52,737 nt of DNA, taken from assembly GCA_039714075.1 (NCBI GenBank), contig JBDLKA010000014.1:1-52737 (forward strand), read 5' to 3'. Below the pieces are notes generated by a model that was not told the origin of the DNA, did no database searches, and saw only the letters and a program-made list of their open reading frames with translations. Below, piece by piece: positions 16,471 through 26,318 of this stretch (position 1 is its first letter; the number at the start of each line of letters is the position of its first letter). Made by a program: the position numbers and the translations under genes. This stretch comes from Candidatus Krumholzibacteriota bacterium. Its GTDB lineage: Bacteria; Krumholzibacteriota; Krumholzibacteriia; LZORAL124-64-63.

Positions 16471-18471
16471 ATGAATCCATCTCGCACCTCATCTTTGGAA
16501 CAAGGCCTTCAAGGGGTTCCCAATTTCATGGCGCCGAAAACCGCGATCAACAATGAAACCATTTGCGATCTGTCCGGCCGGGCCCTGGATCGGAGTGCGG
16601 TTGCGCTGCTCAAGGCCATCGACAAGCTGCTGACCGTCGGGGCCTACTATTCTCCCGAACACGGACAGTACAAGGTCGTGTCGGAAAAGTCCTGCGCCCA
16701 GATCGTCGCGTCCATTGGACCGGGCCGGGTCATGGCCATCGAGATCACCGCTTCGGGCATGATGATCCGCTCGCAGCTGGTGGACCCCCATCACCGCAAC
16801 GTGAGGCTGCTGCACGATCTGCTGGTGCCTTTGAATATCGCCCGTTTCGAGATCAGCGCCGACCTGACGCCCGCGGACCTTCGCCAGGCCATCTCCGCCC
16901 TGCAGGAACACAAACAGAATCTGGGCAACACCACGGGGTTCCAGGAAATCAAAATCGAGAACCTGCCGCCGACCGTCAGCACCGCCAGCAAAAGCGTGGT
17001 GCGGGACAATGGTGAAGAGGCTTCGAATTGGCTGGACGGCCTGCTCGGGAACGATTCGGGCAATCAAAACGATTCCTCTCCCGACGAATTCCTGACCGAG
17101 AGCGAAAAGCTGGCCAGACAGTTCCTGGAAGTCGTTGCCGAAATTCTCGATAATTTGGAAAAGGACGGCGGCGGCGAAGAAGGATCGGCGCCCCACCCCG
17201 ATTCGACACCCGAAAACCTCAGGGCCTTGCGCGAGGCCCTGCAGCGCCTGGTCGAAGTGAATCCGGATCCCGTCGATCTCGCGCGGTTGATCGAACACGC
17301 CAAGCGGGCCCTCGACCTGAGCCGGGACCCCCGTTCCGTCGACCTGGTGTTCAGCCTGTTGAAGAAAGAGTTCGCAAGCGGAGGCGACTGGAAAAACAAG
17401 GCCCGGGAAAATTCCGGGAACAAGCCGAAGAATCAATACAAATTGAGTCTCGAGCAACTGGGCCGGGAAGTTTCCGGCCTCGAAGCCGCGGCCGAAGAGC
17501 CCGCCGATCCCGGCCCCACGTCGTTGAGCAGTTACCTGGGAATCTGTTTCCACCTGCTTGCCGGCGACCCCTCCGAGACTCTCGAGACCGCCCTGGAATT
17601 GACCCTCAAACAAGCCATCGAAAACGTGGGGGTTTCGCGGCTTGACCTGAACCTCTGTTCCGCGGCGGTGGCCGAGGCCGCGCTGAAGAACAATCAAGTC
17701 GCGCTCGACCGCGTGTTGCCTGCTTTTTGCGACCCCCTGCATGATTCCCGGCCGGACTACCTGGTTAAATTCTGGGCCCGGCTTTGGGAAGCCCTCGACC
17801 CCGAACGCCGCGCCCTGGTCTGGCCCCACCTGGTCAATGATCTGTTGCGGGGTTTCGGTGGTCTTCCCGTCGAAACCGTGCAGCCATTGTGGCTGGCGGC
17901 CGGACAACTGGATTCCCGGGACGCCTTCAAGCAGGTTTCCCGCCTGGAGAGCATGTCCGCCGTACGGGAAAAGGCCGGCTGTCCCGGCCTGATGGCCCTG
18001 CCCCTGGAACAGATGTACCCGGTTCATCTGGCCCTGGTGAAATCCTCACTGGCTTCTACTCATGGGCCGCGCCTCCACGAGCAACTGCGCCGTCATCCGC
18101 CCAACGACCTGGTCGATATCCTGATGAAGTCCCTCGACGAATACGATGCGGCCCACAATGGATTCTACCTGTCCCTCATCAAGGAAATCGGCGGCGATTC
18201 GATTTCCCCGGGCTTGCGCCGGCAGGCGGCCCGCTTGATTGTAGACGCTTTGTCCGAGCTGCACCCCTCCGATCGAAACGAGCCCTGGGTCGGCAAAGCC
18301 CTCGGTTGGATCGGCAAACTGGATCCGGACCTCGCCCTGCCTTTGTTGACCAGGGTTCGCGACGAAAAAAAGTATTTCTTCTTCAGGGCCTGGCCCCGTG
18401 AATGCCGCCGGATGGCGGAAAATGTAATCGAAGCGGCGGCATCCGTCGCCGGCGGGAAAGGCAAGGGATAG
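16471..18471 (+). CDS. Large helical (HEAT/ARM-like) HD-GYP partner protein, copy A
   Basis: Collinear paralogue of 22070..24160 (shared LD.LLT.G.YY.PEH..Y, WPHLVN.LL.G, YPVH.AL, HGP.LH, EPWV, EKKYFF..WP.ECR). Start may be ATG 16528. Confidence 0.7.
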   Translation: MNPSRTSSLEQGLQGVPNFMAPKTAINNETICDLSGRALDRSAVALLKAIDKLLTVGAYYSPEHGQYKVVSEKSCAQIVASIGPGRVMAIEITASGMMIRSQLVDPHHRNVRLLHDLLVPLNIARFEISADLTPADLRQAISALQEHKQNLGNTTGFQEIKIENLPPTVSTASKSVVRDNGEEASNWLDGLLGNDSGNQNDSSPDEFLTESEKLARQFLEVVAEILDNLEKDGGGEEGSAPHPDSTPENLRALREALQRLVEVNPDPVDLARLIEHAKRALDLSRDPRSVDLVFSLLKKEFASGGDWKNKARENSGNKPKNQYKLSLEQLGREVSGLEAAAEEPADPGPTSLSSYLGICFHLLAGDPSETLETALELTLKQAIENVGVSRLDLNLCSAAVAEAALKNNQVALDRVLPAFCDPLHDSRPDYLVKFWARLWEALDPERRALVWPHLVNDLLRGFGGLPVETVQPLWLAAGQLDSRDAFKQVSRLESMSAVREKAGCPGLMALPLEQMYPVHLALVKSSLASTHGPRLHEQLRRHPPNDLVDILMKSLDEYDAAHNGFYLSLIKEIGGDSISPGLRRQAARLIVDALSELHPSDRNEPWVGKALGWIGKLDPDLALPLLTRVRDEKKYFFFRAWPRECRRMAENVIEAAASVAGGKGKG

Positions 18472-18475
18472 TCCG

Positions 18476-19912
18476 GTGGAACGTCAATTCAGCGACCTGA
18501 TCATCCTGTTGGCCGGCGGCATCAACCAGCGCCGCATGTATTTCGACGACCACCCCAAGGTGCAGGCCGTCTGTCACGAATTCACCACCAGACTGAGAGG
18601 CATGATCGACGAAAACGGGCGGGATGAATTTGCCTTCGGCGTCTACGGGGGCAAGTTCATCCGGCAGGGAAAGTACCTGGTAGGACCTTCGATCGCCGGC
18701 CGGTCGCTGATCGAGTTCGCCGAACGTCTCGGTTGCGGCGGGTTTTCCTTTCATTTGCCGCTGGCCATGGTGGATGTGGCCACTTTTTTCCGTCTGGGCG
18801 CGGCCCAGAAGGAAAAGCTGGCCAACCTGGAAGAAGCCCGGGCACTGTTCGCGGCCAACGGGATCGACCACATCGAACTTGCGGTTCCGTTCCGGGAAGA
18901 GGGCGACCTGGACGAGTCGGACGGCCACCCGGAATCCACCGCGGAAACCGATTTCATGGCCGCTGATTTCGCGCCCCTGCTGGACGTCTACCAGGCCCTG
19001 TATGAAACGGTTTCCACCAACAATCTTTCGATCAGCAGAAACGACGACGTGGACATGGCGGGGGCCCGCGCCAGCGGCGAAAAGCTGGCCGGGGTGTCGG
19101 ACATGGGCGCCATGGACGTCATGCAGTTCATGCGTTACCCCGATTACGACAGCTACACCATCGGTCATTCCGTCCGGGTGGCCGCCCTGTCGTCCATGGT
19201 CGGCCGCGAGCTGGGCTGGTCTCCCGAGATCCTGGCCGAATTGGCCACCGCGGGCCTGGTCCACGACCTCGGCAAGGGCCGCGTGCCTGAAGAGATCCTG
19301 TTCAAGACCGGCAAACTGAACCCCGATGAGATGAAGATCATCAAATCCCACCCCGCCACCGGAGCCCAGATCCTCATGGCCAGCGGGGAACAAAGCCCAC
19401 TGATCATCGCCTCGGCCTGGGGGCACCACATTCGCGAGGACGGCGGCGGTTATCCCGTCATGCCGGAGTGGTACGTGCACGGTTCGGCGGCATCCCTGAT
19501 CCATGTATGCGACGTGTTCGAGGCGTTGACCGCGGTGCGACCCTACAAGGCACCGATGACTCCGCGCCGGGCTTTCGAAATCATGCTGAAGGACGAAGGC
19601 GGGTTTCAGCCCCGTATTCTGGCGGCCCTCATCCGCGCCATGGGTCTTTATCCTCCCGGCAGCGAGGTCGTGCTTTCGGATTCCCGGAAAGCCGTGGTCG
19701 TCGCCAGGGGGAAGGATATGGATTGCCCCCTGGTCCGGGTGACCCATGATCCGGAAGGTTTGCCTATTGCCCGATCCGACCAGCCGGCCATCCAGCTGGA
19801 ATGCGGCGATGACCTGGAGGTGGCTGAATTCCTGATGGTGGGGATTGCCGAGGAAAACCAGTGGCGGCCCCGGCAGGATGATGATCTGATCACCTGCGAT
19901 TATTTTTCCTAG
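18476..19912 (+). CDS. HD-GYP domain phosphodiesterase, copy A
   Basis: YTIGHSVRV, LVHDLGK, KLNPDEM..HPATGA, GHHIREDGGGYP, VCDVFEALTAVRPYK, GLYPPGSEV. Confidence 0.9.
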   Translation: MERQFSDLIILLAGGINQRRMYFDDHPKVQAVCHEFTTRLRGMIDENGRDEFAFGVYGGKFIRQGKYLVGPSIAGRSLIEFAERLGCGGFSFHLPLAMVDVATFFRLGAAQKEKLANLEEARALFAANGIDHIELAVPFREEGDLDESDGHPESTAETDFMAADFAPLLDVYQALYETVSTNNLSISRNDDVDMAGARASGEKLAGVSDMGAMDVMQFMRYPDYDSYTIGHSVRVAALSSMVGRELGWSPEILAELATAGLVHDLGKGRVPEEILFKTGKLNPDEMKIIKSHPATGAQILMASGEQSPLIIASAWGHHIREDGGGYPVMPEWYVHGSAASLIHVCDVFEALTAVRPYKAPMTPRRAFEIMLKDEGGFQPRILAALIRAMGLYPPGSEVVLSDSRKAVVVARGKDMDCPLVRVTHDPEGLPIARSDQPAIQLECGDDLEVAEFLMVGIAEENQWRPRQDDDLITCDYFS

Positions 19913-19973
19913 TCCGCTTTATTTCACCCGTGATGGCGCCTTTCCGCCGAGCACCGGCTTCCGTTCACTCTCT

Positions 19974-20002
19974 TGGACGCCGGGCGACCTTTCATGTATG
20001 AT
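19974..20002 (+). promoter_or_regulatory. Candidate sigma70 promoter for the histidine kinase
   Basis: TGGACG (19974-79), 17 bp, TATGAT (19997-20002), about 30 bp before the ATG. Confidence 0.5.
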
Positions 20003-20034
20003 AGCGGCACACATTACTTCCCGGGATTGGAATA

Positions 20035-21939
20035 ATGGCTCTCTCTACAACCCAAAACCTGTTGCTCACCGGCGCCCTGCTGATCGGCGCGGTCCTCGGG
20101 TTCCACGCTCTGCGCAAGCGGTACAGCCTGGCCTTGGTCTACTCGCTTCTGGGCATGATCATCGCGGCGGCGTGGATAATGCCCGCAGGCATGTCCGTCA
20201 GCATCGGGGGCCTGGATTTCCTGGTGGGTTCGAACGTCCTGTTCACCGGGGTCCTGGTGGGCGTGTTTCTCTGCTATGTGTTCGACGGCCCCAGCGCCGG
20301 ACGCACCGCCATCGGCGTGGTCGTGGGCGGGACCATTCTGTTCCCCCTGTTCGCCCTGCTCTTCCGGGACCTTTTCATCCAGATCAATCCCGTGACCAGC
20401 TGTCCCTTTCCCCCGATCATCTGGCGAAACTACGCAGCGTCCATCATCGCCACGCTGATCGACCTGGTGGCCCTGACGATGGTCTGGGGGGTCCTCAACA
20501 AATACCGCCGCCGACTTCCCCTGGCCGTGTCCGTGAGTCTTTCCCTGCTGGGCATCATGTGGATGGATTCGCTCATCTACATCACCCTGGCCTATGGCGG
20601 CGTCCCTGCATTCGGGTCCATCCTCAAGGGATCGCTGGTATCGAGGAGCCTGGTGGCCCTGGCCGCCACTCCGCCCTTGACCGTCTACCTCATCTGGGAA
20701 ATCCGCCGCCACGGTTGGCGGTTCCAGTCGCTGCCGGTGCTGGCCATCTTCAAGCTGGGGGAACTGGAGCGCGAGCTCAAGTCCGCCCGCAGCGACCTGG
20801 CCCGGGGCGCCGAGGCCCTGCGCGAAAGCGAAGACCGCTACCAGGCCTCGGTGGAAGACATGCCCCTGATGATCTGCCGCTTTCAGCCCGATGGCGGCCT
20901 GGTCTTCGCCAACAAGGCGACCGAGCGTTGTTTCTCCCTCGAGGACGAGGACCTTTCCCGGGTGGATTTTTTGAGCCTGGTCGCCGAAAGCCACCGGCGC
21001 GACGTCGATGAATTGCTGTCCCGTCTGACCGTGAACAATCCCACCGAAGCGATCGATTTTCCCGTCATGCTCGGCGGCGAAACGCCTCCCTGGCACCGTT
21101 GGACCATCCGGGCGCTGTTCGGCTGGGACCGCCGGACCATCGCCTTTCAGGCCATCGGACAGGACATCACCCGTGAGCGGTTCCTGGAAAACCAGTTGCG
21201 GCACGGGGAAAAGATGCGGGCGGTCGGGCAGCTGGCCGGCGGCATCGCCCATGATTTCAACAACATCCTCACCGCGATCCTGGGTAACGCCGAACTGGCC
21301 GCCGGCGCCCTGGACGAACCCGAGCCGTCACACAAGTTCATCCGCGAGGCGTTGGATCAGGTCGAAAAAAGCGGGAAACGCGCCGCCGACCTGACCCGCC
21401 AGCTGCTCATGTTCAGCCGGCGCGACGTGTCCAACCCCGAGGTTCTCGACCTGAACCAGGTTTTGAAGAACATGAAGAAAATGCTGCCGCGGGTCATCAG
21501 CGAAGACATCACCCTGAACGTCACCTGCGCCGAAGATCCCGGCTATGTTCTGGCCGACGCCAGCCAGCTGGAACAGGTGATCCTGAACCTGGTGGTCAAC
21601 GCCCGCGACGCCATGCCCGGCGGCGGTACGCTCGACCTCGAGGCCCGGACTGAAAACCTGAATGGACGGTACACCCGAAACCATCCCGGCTCCCGGCCCG
21701 GGCCCCATGTGGTGCTTGCGGTCACCGACACCGGCGAAGGCATCAAGAAGGAAAACCTGGAGCGGTTGTTCGAGCCGTTTTTCACCACCAAACCCAAGGA
21801 CAAGGGTACGGGGCTGGGACTGGCCACGGTCTACGGCATCGTGCAGAGGTTCGATGGGCATGTGCGGGTTTCCAGTGAGGTTGGCCGGGGGTCCACCTTC
21901 GAGGTTTATCTGCCGTTGGCCGAGCCCGGGGAACATTGA
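20035..21939 (+). CDS. Sensor histidine kinase: VUT/YhhQ-like multi-TM domain + PAS + HisKA/HATPase
   Basis: About 7 TM helices, PAS-like segment, H-box LAGGIAHDFNNIL, N-box QVILNLVVNARDAM, G-boxes DTGEGI, FEPFFTTK..GTGLGL; no receiver domain. Confidence 0.88.
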   Translation: MALSTTQNLLLTGALLIGAVLGFHALRKRYSLALVYSLLGMIIAAAWIMPAGMSVSIGGLDFLVGSNVLFTGVLVGVFLCYVFDGPSAGRTAIGVVVGGTILFPLFALLFRDLFIQINPVTSCPFPPIIWRNYAASIIATLIDLVALTMVWGVLNKYRRRLPLAVSVSLSLLGIMWMDSLIYITLAYGGVPAFGSILKGSLVSRSLVALAATPPLTVYLIWEIRRHGWRFQSLPVLAIFKLGELERELKSARSDLARGAEALRESEDRYQASVEDMPLMICRFQPDGGLVFANKATERCFSLEDEDLSRVDFLSLVAESHRRDVDELLSRLTVNNPTEAIDFPVMLGGETPPWHRWTIRALFGWDRRTIAFQAIGQDITRERFLENQLRHGEKMRAVGQLAGGIAHDFNNILTAILGNAELAAGALDEPEPSHKFIREALDQVEKSGKRAADLTRQLLMFSRRDVSNPEVLDLNQVLKNMKKMLPRVISEDITLNVTCAEDPGYVLADASQLEQVILNLVVNARDAMPGGGTLDLEARTENLNGRYTRNHPGSRPGPHVVLAVTDTGEGIKKENLERLFEPFFTTKPKDKGTGLGLATVYGIVQRFDGHVRVSSEVGRGSTFEVYLPLAEPGEH

Positions 21940-22069
21940 CACCCCGGGAGCCCGCGGAATCCCACCCAGTCCTGAAGACACTCTTTTTCCTCAAAAATCC
22001 CTAATTCCGGTCGATTTTCATATATGACAGCAAGGAAACCCGTTTGTTCAGGCAGGGGAGGATTCCAAG

Positions 22070-24160
22070 GTGCCTAAAAACGCCTTTCCCGGTGAAACGT
22101 CCACTGGGCCCGCAGGACCGGCCATCAAGGACCAAACCGATCAATCAGATATTGTCGAGAGCCACCCTCTCAGCGCCGAGCACGCCGAGTTGTTCGTGGC
22201 CCTGGACCGGCTTCTGACCATCGGTTCGTACTATACGCCCGAGCACGCGCGCTACCAGGAAGTCACCCGCGAGGCCCACGCCGCAATCAGGAACAACCTG
22301 GCCGGCGCCGCCTCCGTGGAAATCGAGTGCACCTCCGAGGGGTTTTACGTCCACGACGATTTCATCGCGGGGGACCAGGGGGAAACCCGCCGTATTTTCG
22401 AGCTGATGGGCGCGTTGAACATCGCCCTGCTGGAAATCCAGGGCACCGCCACCGCCAACGACCTTCACGAAGCGGTGACCTGCCTGAAGCAGCACCAGGT
22501 GACCTACGCCGGGAAACAGGACTACGGCGAGATAGAAATCGTCGGCCTGCCCGACACCGTCGAAACCACCAGCCAAAGCCTCTACGTCAGGACCAAGGAT
22601 CGCACCCGGGGTCCGGGCGGCACCCGGCCGCGGGAAGCGTCGGCCGATTATTACACCATCCCCGACGCCAACCTGGTCGCCACGCCCGAGGGACAGAAGC
22701 TGGAACGGGAATTCCTGGGCATCATCAGCGGGATCATGAAAAACAGCGACCCCACCCAGCTCAAGAACCTGGTCAGCGACGAGGCCCGGAACGAGGCCCT
22801 GGGTCAATGGGTGTCCGATTCGGCGGTCAATTCCATCAAGCAGATCATGGGGGCGCTGAAGAAAACGAATTCCGATCCCATGATCATGGAACACCTCATC
22901 GGTCACGCGCAGGCCGCCCTCGAGTTGACCGGGGACCCCGACCTGGTCGAACTGGTGTTCTCGCGACTGCGCAAGGAAACCGGAATCAAGGGCGACAAAC
23001 CCAAGCCGCTGCTTTCCAACCGGCCCAAGCCCAAGAACCCCAGGAAGCGCGCCGTCAAGTACACGATGTCGCCGGACCAGATGAACCAGGTCATCGACGA
23101 GTTGACCCAAGCCGCGGTGGTCCCCGAAGACCTGCTCGGGCCCTCCTCCGCGGACTGTCTCGGCATCTGCACCCAGGTGTTGTGCAGCGCCCCGACCGAA
23201 CACATGGTCCAGGGGATCGGATCCACCGTGTTCCGGATCCTGTCCGTTGAAACCCTGCCCGCCGCGGATTTGGACGTGGCGGTCTCCGCCCTGACCGCGA
23301 TCCTGAAAACCGGTTCGCGCGACACCGTGGATTCGGCCATGCCCATGTTCTTTTCGCCGCTGCGGAAATTCCATCCCCGGCACCTGGGACCCGTGTGGCT
23401 CGGCGTGTGGAAGTCCCTGGTGGAAACCGATCACAAACGCCTGGCCTGGCCCCATCTGGTCAACGAGTTGCTGCTGGGCGTCGAATGGGAAGACCCCACC
23501 AAGAAACTGGCCCTGTACGAATCGCTGTCCAGGGTTCGCGTCGGCGACGGCGAGGAAATGCTGGAACGTCTCGAGGAGCTGCAGGCCCTGCAGGAAAAAA
23601 AGGTGGCTCCGGATCTGTTCCACGCGCCCGCGCCCCTGTTGTACCCGGTGCACATCGCCCTGCTGGGGTCGACCATGTCGCGCGAACACGGGCCGAAGCT
23701 GCATCAGCGCCTGGTCCACCAGCGCGCGAACCGTCTGGCGAATCTCCTGGTCGGCATCATGGGCGAATACAAGCAGAGCAACAAGCTGATCTACCAAGCC
23801 ATTCTCGAACAGGGGGTCGCGGAAAAAACCGAGCCCAAGCTGGCCGACCTGGGCAGCCGCCTGCTCAAGTCCACGATCACCAATCTGCCTCCGCTGCTGC
23901 GGGATGAACCGTGGGTCGGCGAGGCCGTCTCCTGGTTGGGCAAGCTCGACACCCGGCGGGCGGACCCCTTGCTGAACCGGATCATCAAGGAAAAGAAATA
24001 CTTCTTCTGGCCGGTGTGGCCGGGTGAATGCCGACAGGCCGCGCGCGAAATCATCGCGGCACAGATAGAGATACAGGAAGAGACCGAGGAAGAAATCCAA
24101 ACCGACGTCATGGACGATACGACCGACGAGAGGGAAAGCAGTGGCGACGAGATTCAGTGA
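22070..24160 (+). CDS. Large helical (HEAT/ARM-like) HD-GYP partner protein, copy B
   Basis: Paralogue of 16471..18471; GGAGG RBS; 3' end overlaps the next HD-GYP gene. Confidence 0.72.
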   Translation: MPKNAFPGETSTGPAGPAIKDQTDQSDIVESHPLSAEHAELFVALDRLLTIGSYYTPEHARYQEVTREAHAAIRNNLAGAASVEIECTSEGFYVHDDFIAGDQGETRRIFELMGALNIALLEIQGTATANDLHEAVTCLKQHQVTYAGKQDYGEIEIVGLPDTVETTSQSLYVRTKDRTRGPGGTRPREASADYYTIPDANLVATPEGQKLEREFLGIISGIMKNSDPTQLKNLVSDEARNEALGQWVSDSAVNSIKQIMGALKKTNSDPMIMEHLIGHAQAALELTGDPDLVELVFSRLRKETGIKGDKPKPLLSNRPKPKNPRKRAVKYTMSPDQMNQVIDELTQAAVVPEDLLGPSSADCLGICTQVLCSAPTEHMVQGIGSTVFRILSVETLPAADLDVAVSALTAILKTGSRDTVDSAMPMFFSPLRKFHPRHLGPVWLGVWKSLVETDHKRLAWPHLVNELLLGVEWEDPTKKLALYESLSRVRVGDGEEMLERLEELQALQEKKVAPDLFHAPAPLLYPVHIALLGSTMSREHGPKLHQRLVHQRANRLANLLVGIMGEYKQSNKLIYQAILEQGVAEKTEPKLADLGSRLLKSTITNLPPLLRDEPWVGEAVSWLGKLDTRRADPLLNRIIKEKKYFFWPVWPGECRQAAREIIAAQIEIQEETEEEIQTDVMDDTTDERESSGDEIQ

Positions 24161-25688
24161 TCTGATCATTCTGCTGTCCGGCGGCATCAACCAGCGCAGG
24201 ATGTATTTCGATTCCCACCCCAAGGTGCAGCACCTGGGCCGGGATTTTGCCGACCGGATGCGCGAGGTCCTGGCCGACAAGGGCGAAACCGGGTTTTTCT
24301 TCGGCATCCTGAACGGGAAGTTCATCCGTGACGGCAAATATCTCATCGGGCCGTCCATCGCCGGCCGCAACCTGATCGATTTCGCCGACCGCCTGCAGTG
24401 CGGCGGCTTCCTTTTCCGCCAGGGCGTGGACGCCGACGAGGTGATGGCCTTTTTCCGCGTGGCCGCCAATACGCGGGACAAGGTCGGCTCCATCGAGGAA
24501 TCGATGGCGCTTTTCCATTCCGCAGGCATCCGCAACATCGAGGTCTCGCCCTATTTCCGCGAGGGCGAAGAGGTCGACGCCAACGGCGTCAAGCTGGCCC
24601 CGTTCGATCCGGGCGTGATCCAGTTCGACTTCAGCGACGACGACGGCGAGGGCGATGGCCGGGGCAAATCCGTTTCCCAGGAACTCGAGCCCCTGCTGCC
24701 CATCTTCCAGTCCATGTACGAAACCGTGCAGACCAACAACATCCACATCAACATGCAGCAGGACGTGGATGTCACCAAGGCCATGGGTGTGGGTGAAGAG
24801 CTGTTCGGGGTTTCGGACCGGCAGACCATGGACGTCATGAACCTGATGCGGTATCCCGATTACGACAGTTACACCATCGGCCACTCGGTGCGGGTATCGA
24901 CCCTGGCGTTGACCGTGGGCCGGGAAATGGGCTGGCCGGAACACCTCTTGTCGGAACTGGCCACCGCCGGTCTGCTGCACGACATCGGCAAGGCCAAGGT
25001 GCCGGACGAGATTCTCTACAAACCCGGTAAGCTGAACCCCGAGGAACGAAAGATCGCCGAGTCCCACGCGGCCATCGGCGCCAAGATCCTGCTGGCCAAG
25101 GGCGACGCCAGTCCCTTGATGATCGCCGGTGCCTGGGGCCACCATATCCGCCACGACGGAAACGGCGGCTACCCGGACGTGCCCGAGTGGGCCGTCAAGA
25201 GTCCCATTGCCGGCCTGCTGCATGTCTGCGACGTCTTCGAAGCCCTGACCGCGGCCCGGCCCTACAAGTCGCCCATGCCGCCGCGCCGGGCCTTCGAAAT
25301 CATTCTCAAGGACAAGGGCAGCTTCGACCCGGCGCCCCTGACCGCCCTGATTCGCGCCATCGGCCTGTACCCCCCGGGCAGCGAGGTCGCCCTCAGTGAC
25401 GGAACCCGCGGTTACGTCATTGCCAAGGGCCCGGACTGGCAGCTTCCCACCGTGCGCGTCACCAGCGATCCCGAAGGCCGGACCCTGGCCAAGGAGGACC
25501 AGTACGTGGCCAGGCTGCACGAAGAGGAGAATCTGTCCGTGGCGGACTTCCTGATGGTGGGCCTGGACCCCGATGCGGCCAAACACATGAACGAGGAAGA
25601 TGCGCAGCCGCAGGAGGAAACGGGTGGCGAGTGGGAAGAAGGGCTCGCGAACGAACTGGACGACATCTTCGAGGAATCCAACATCTGA
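24141..25688 (+). CDS. HD-GYP domain phosphodiesterase, copy B
   Basis: YTIGHSVRV, LLHDIGK, GHHIRHDGNGGYP, VCDVFEALTAARPYK; collinear with 18476..19912. Confidence 0.9.
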   Translation: MATRFSDLIILLSGGINQRRMYFDSHPKVQHLGRDFADRMREVLADKGETGFFFGILNGKFIRDGKYLIGPSIAGRNLIDFADRLQCGGFLFRQGVDADEVMAFFRVAANTRDKVGSIEESMALFHSAGIRNIEVSPYFREGEEVDANGVKLAPFDPGVIQFDFSDDDGEGDGRGKSVSQELEPLLPIFQSMYETVQTNNIHINMQQDVDVTKAMGVGEELFGVSDRQTMDVMNLMRYPDYDSYTIGHSVRVSTLALTVGREMGWPEHLLSELATAGLLHDIGKAKVPDEILYKPGKLNPEERKIAESHAAIGAKILLAKGDASPLMIAGAWGHHIRHDGNGGYPDVPEWAVKSPIAGLLHVCDVFEALTAARPYKSPMPPRRAFEIILKDKGSFDPAPLTALIRAIGLYPPGSEVALSDGTRGYVIAKGPDWQLPTVRVTSDPEGRTLAKEDQYVARLHEEENLSVADFLMVGLDPDAAKHMNEEDAQPQEETGGEWEEGLANELDDIFEESNI

Positions 25689-25707
25689 CGGAGACGCGCT
25701 GTTCAAT

Positions 25708-25746
25708 AAAAACACCCCCGGAACGAATTCCGGGGGTGTTTTTTTT
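25708..25746. terminator. Bidirectional intrinsic terminator
   Basis: AAAAACACCCCCGGAA-CGAA-TTCCGGGGGTGTTTTTTTT between convergent genes. Confidence 0.85.
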
Positions 25747-25780
25747 CATCCGACGGCGGCCCTCGGGCGAGTGAAGGTTT

Positions 25781-26215
25781 CTATTTCTTCGCCATCGCCG
25801 GATCGGGCTGGGCCTGGGACGAGGGCGACGAGGCCTGGGGAGCACGCGCGGTCCGGCTCTGGCCCGTGCCCATGGAGCAGTTGCCCTCGAAGAAGACGCC
25901 TTCATCGATGACCAGACGCTTGGTCTTGATGTCGCCTTCCACATGGGAGCCGCTCTGCAGTTCGATCTTGTTCTCGGCGGTGATGTTGCCGATCAGCTGG
26001 CCGCCGATGATGGCGTTTTTCACCGTGACCTTGCCGTTCACCACACCGGTCTTGCCGATGACAAGGCTTTCGGGGGTGCCGATGTCGCCCTTGAAGTCGC
26101 CTTCGACGCGCAGGGTTCCGCGCACCTCGACCTTGCCTTCGAACTTGCAGCCCTGGGCGATGATGGATGTCTGGCCACCGGTCATGGTCTGGTTATCGGG
26201 TTCTTTTCCGAACAT
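25781..26215 (-). CDS. Bactofilin (polymer-forming cytoskeletal protein)
   Basis: TSIIAQGCKFEGKVEVRGTLRVEGDFKGDI..VIGKTGVVNG..IELQSGSHVEGDI..LVIDEGVFFEGNCSM beta-helix; AGGAGG RBS before ATG 26215. Confidence 0.92.
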   Translation of the reverse strand: MFGKEPDNQTMTGGQTSIIAQGCKFEGKVEVRGTLRVEGDFKGDIGTPESLVIGKTGVVNGKVTVKNAIIGGQLIGNITAENKIELQSGSHVEGDIKTKRLVIDEGVFFEGNCSMGTGQSRTARAPQASSPSSQAQPDPAMAKK

Positions 26216-26318
26216 CGTGGTCCTCCTTGGCCCGGTCGGCCTCCTACGGTTTCCCGCAGGGAAACGCCGGGCTTTTTTTACGACTTTCCGGGCAACATAC
26301 CCGGTTGCTTCCTTCGAA

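Noticed and set aside
19913..20034. Possible preQ1 riboswitch upstream of the VUT-like kinase
   Set aside because: No recognisable preQ1 stem-loop with A-rich tail, and the predicted leader is only about 25 nt.
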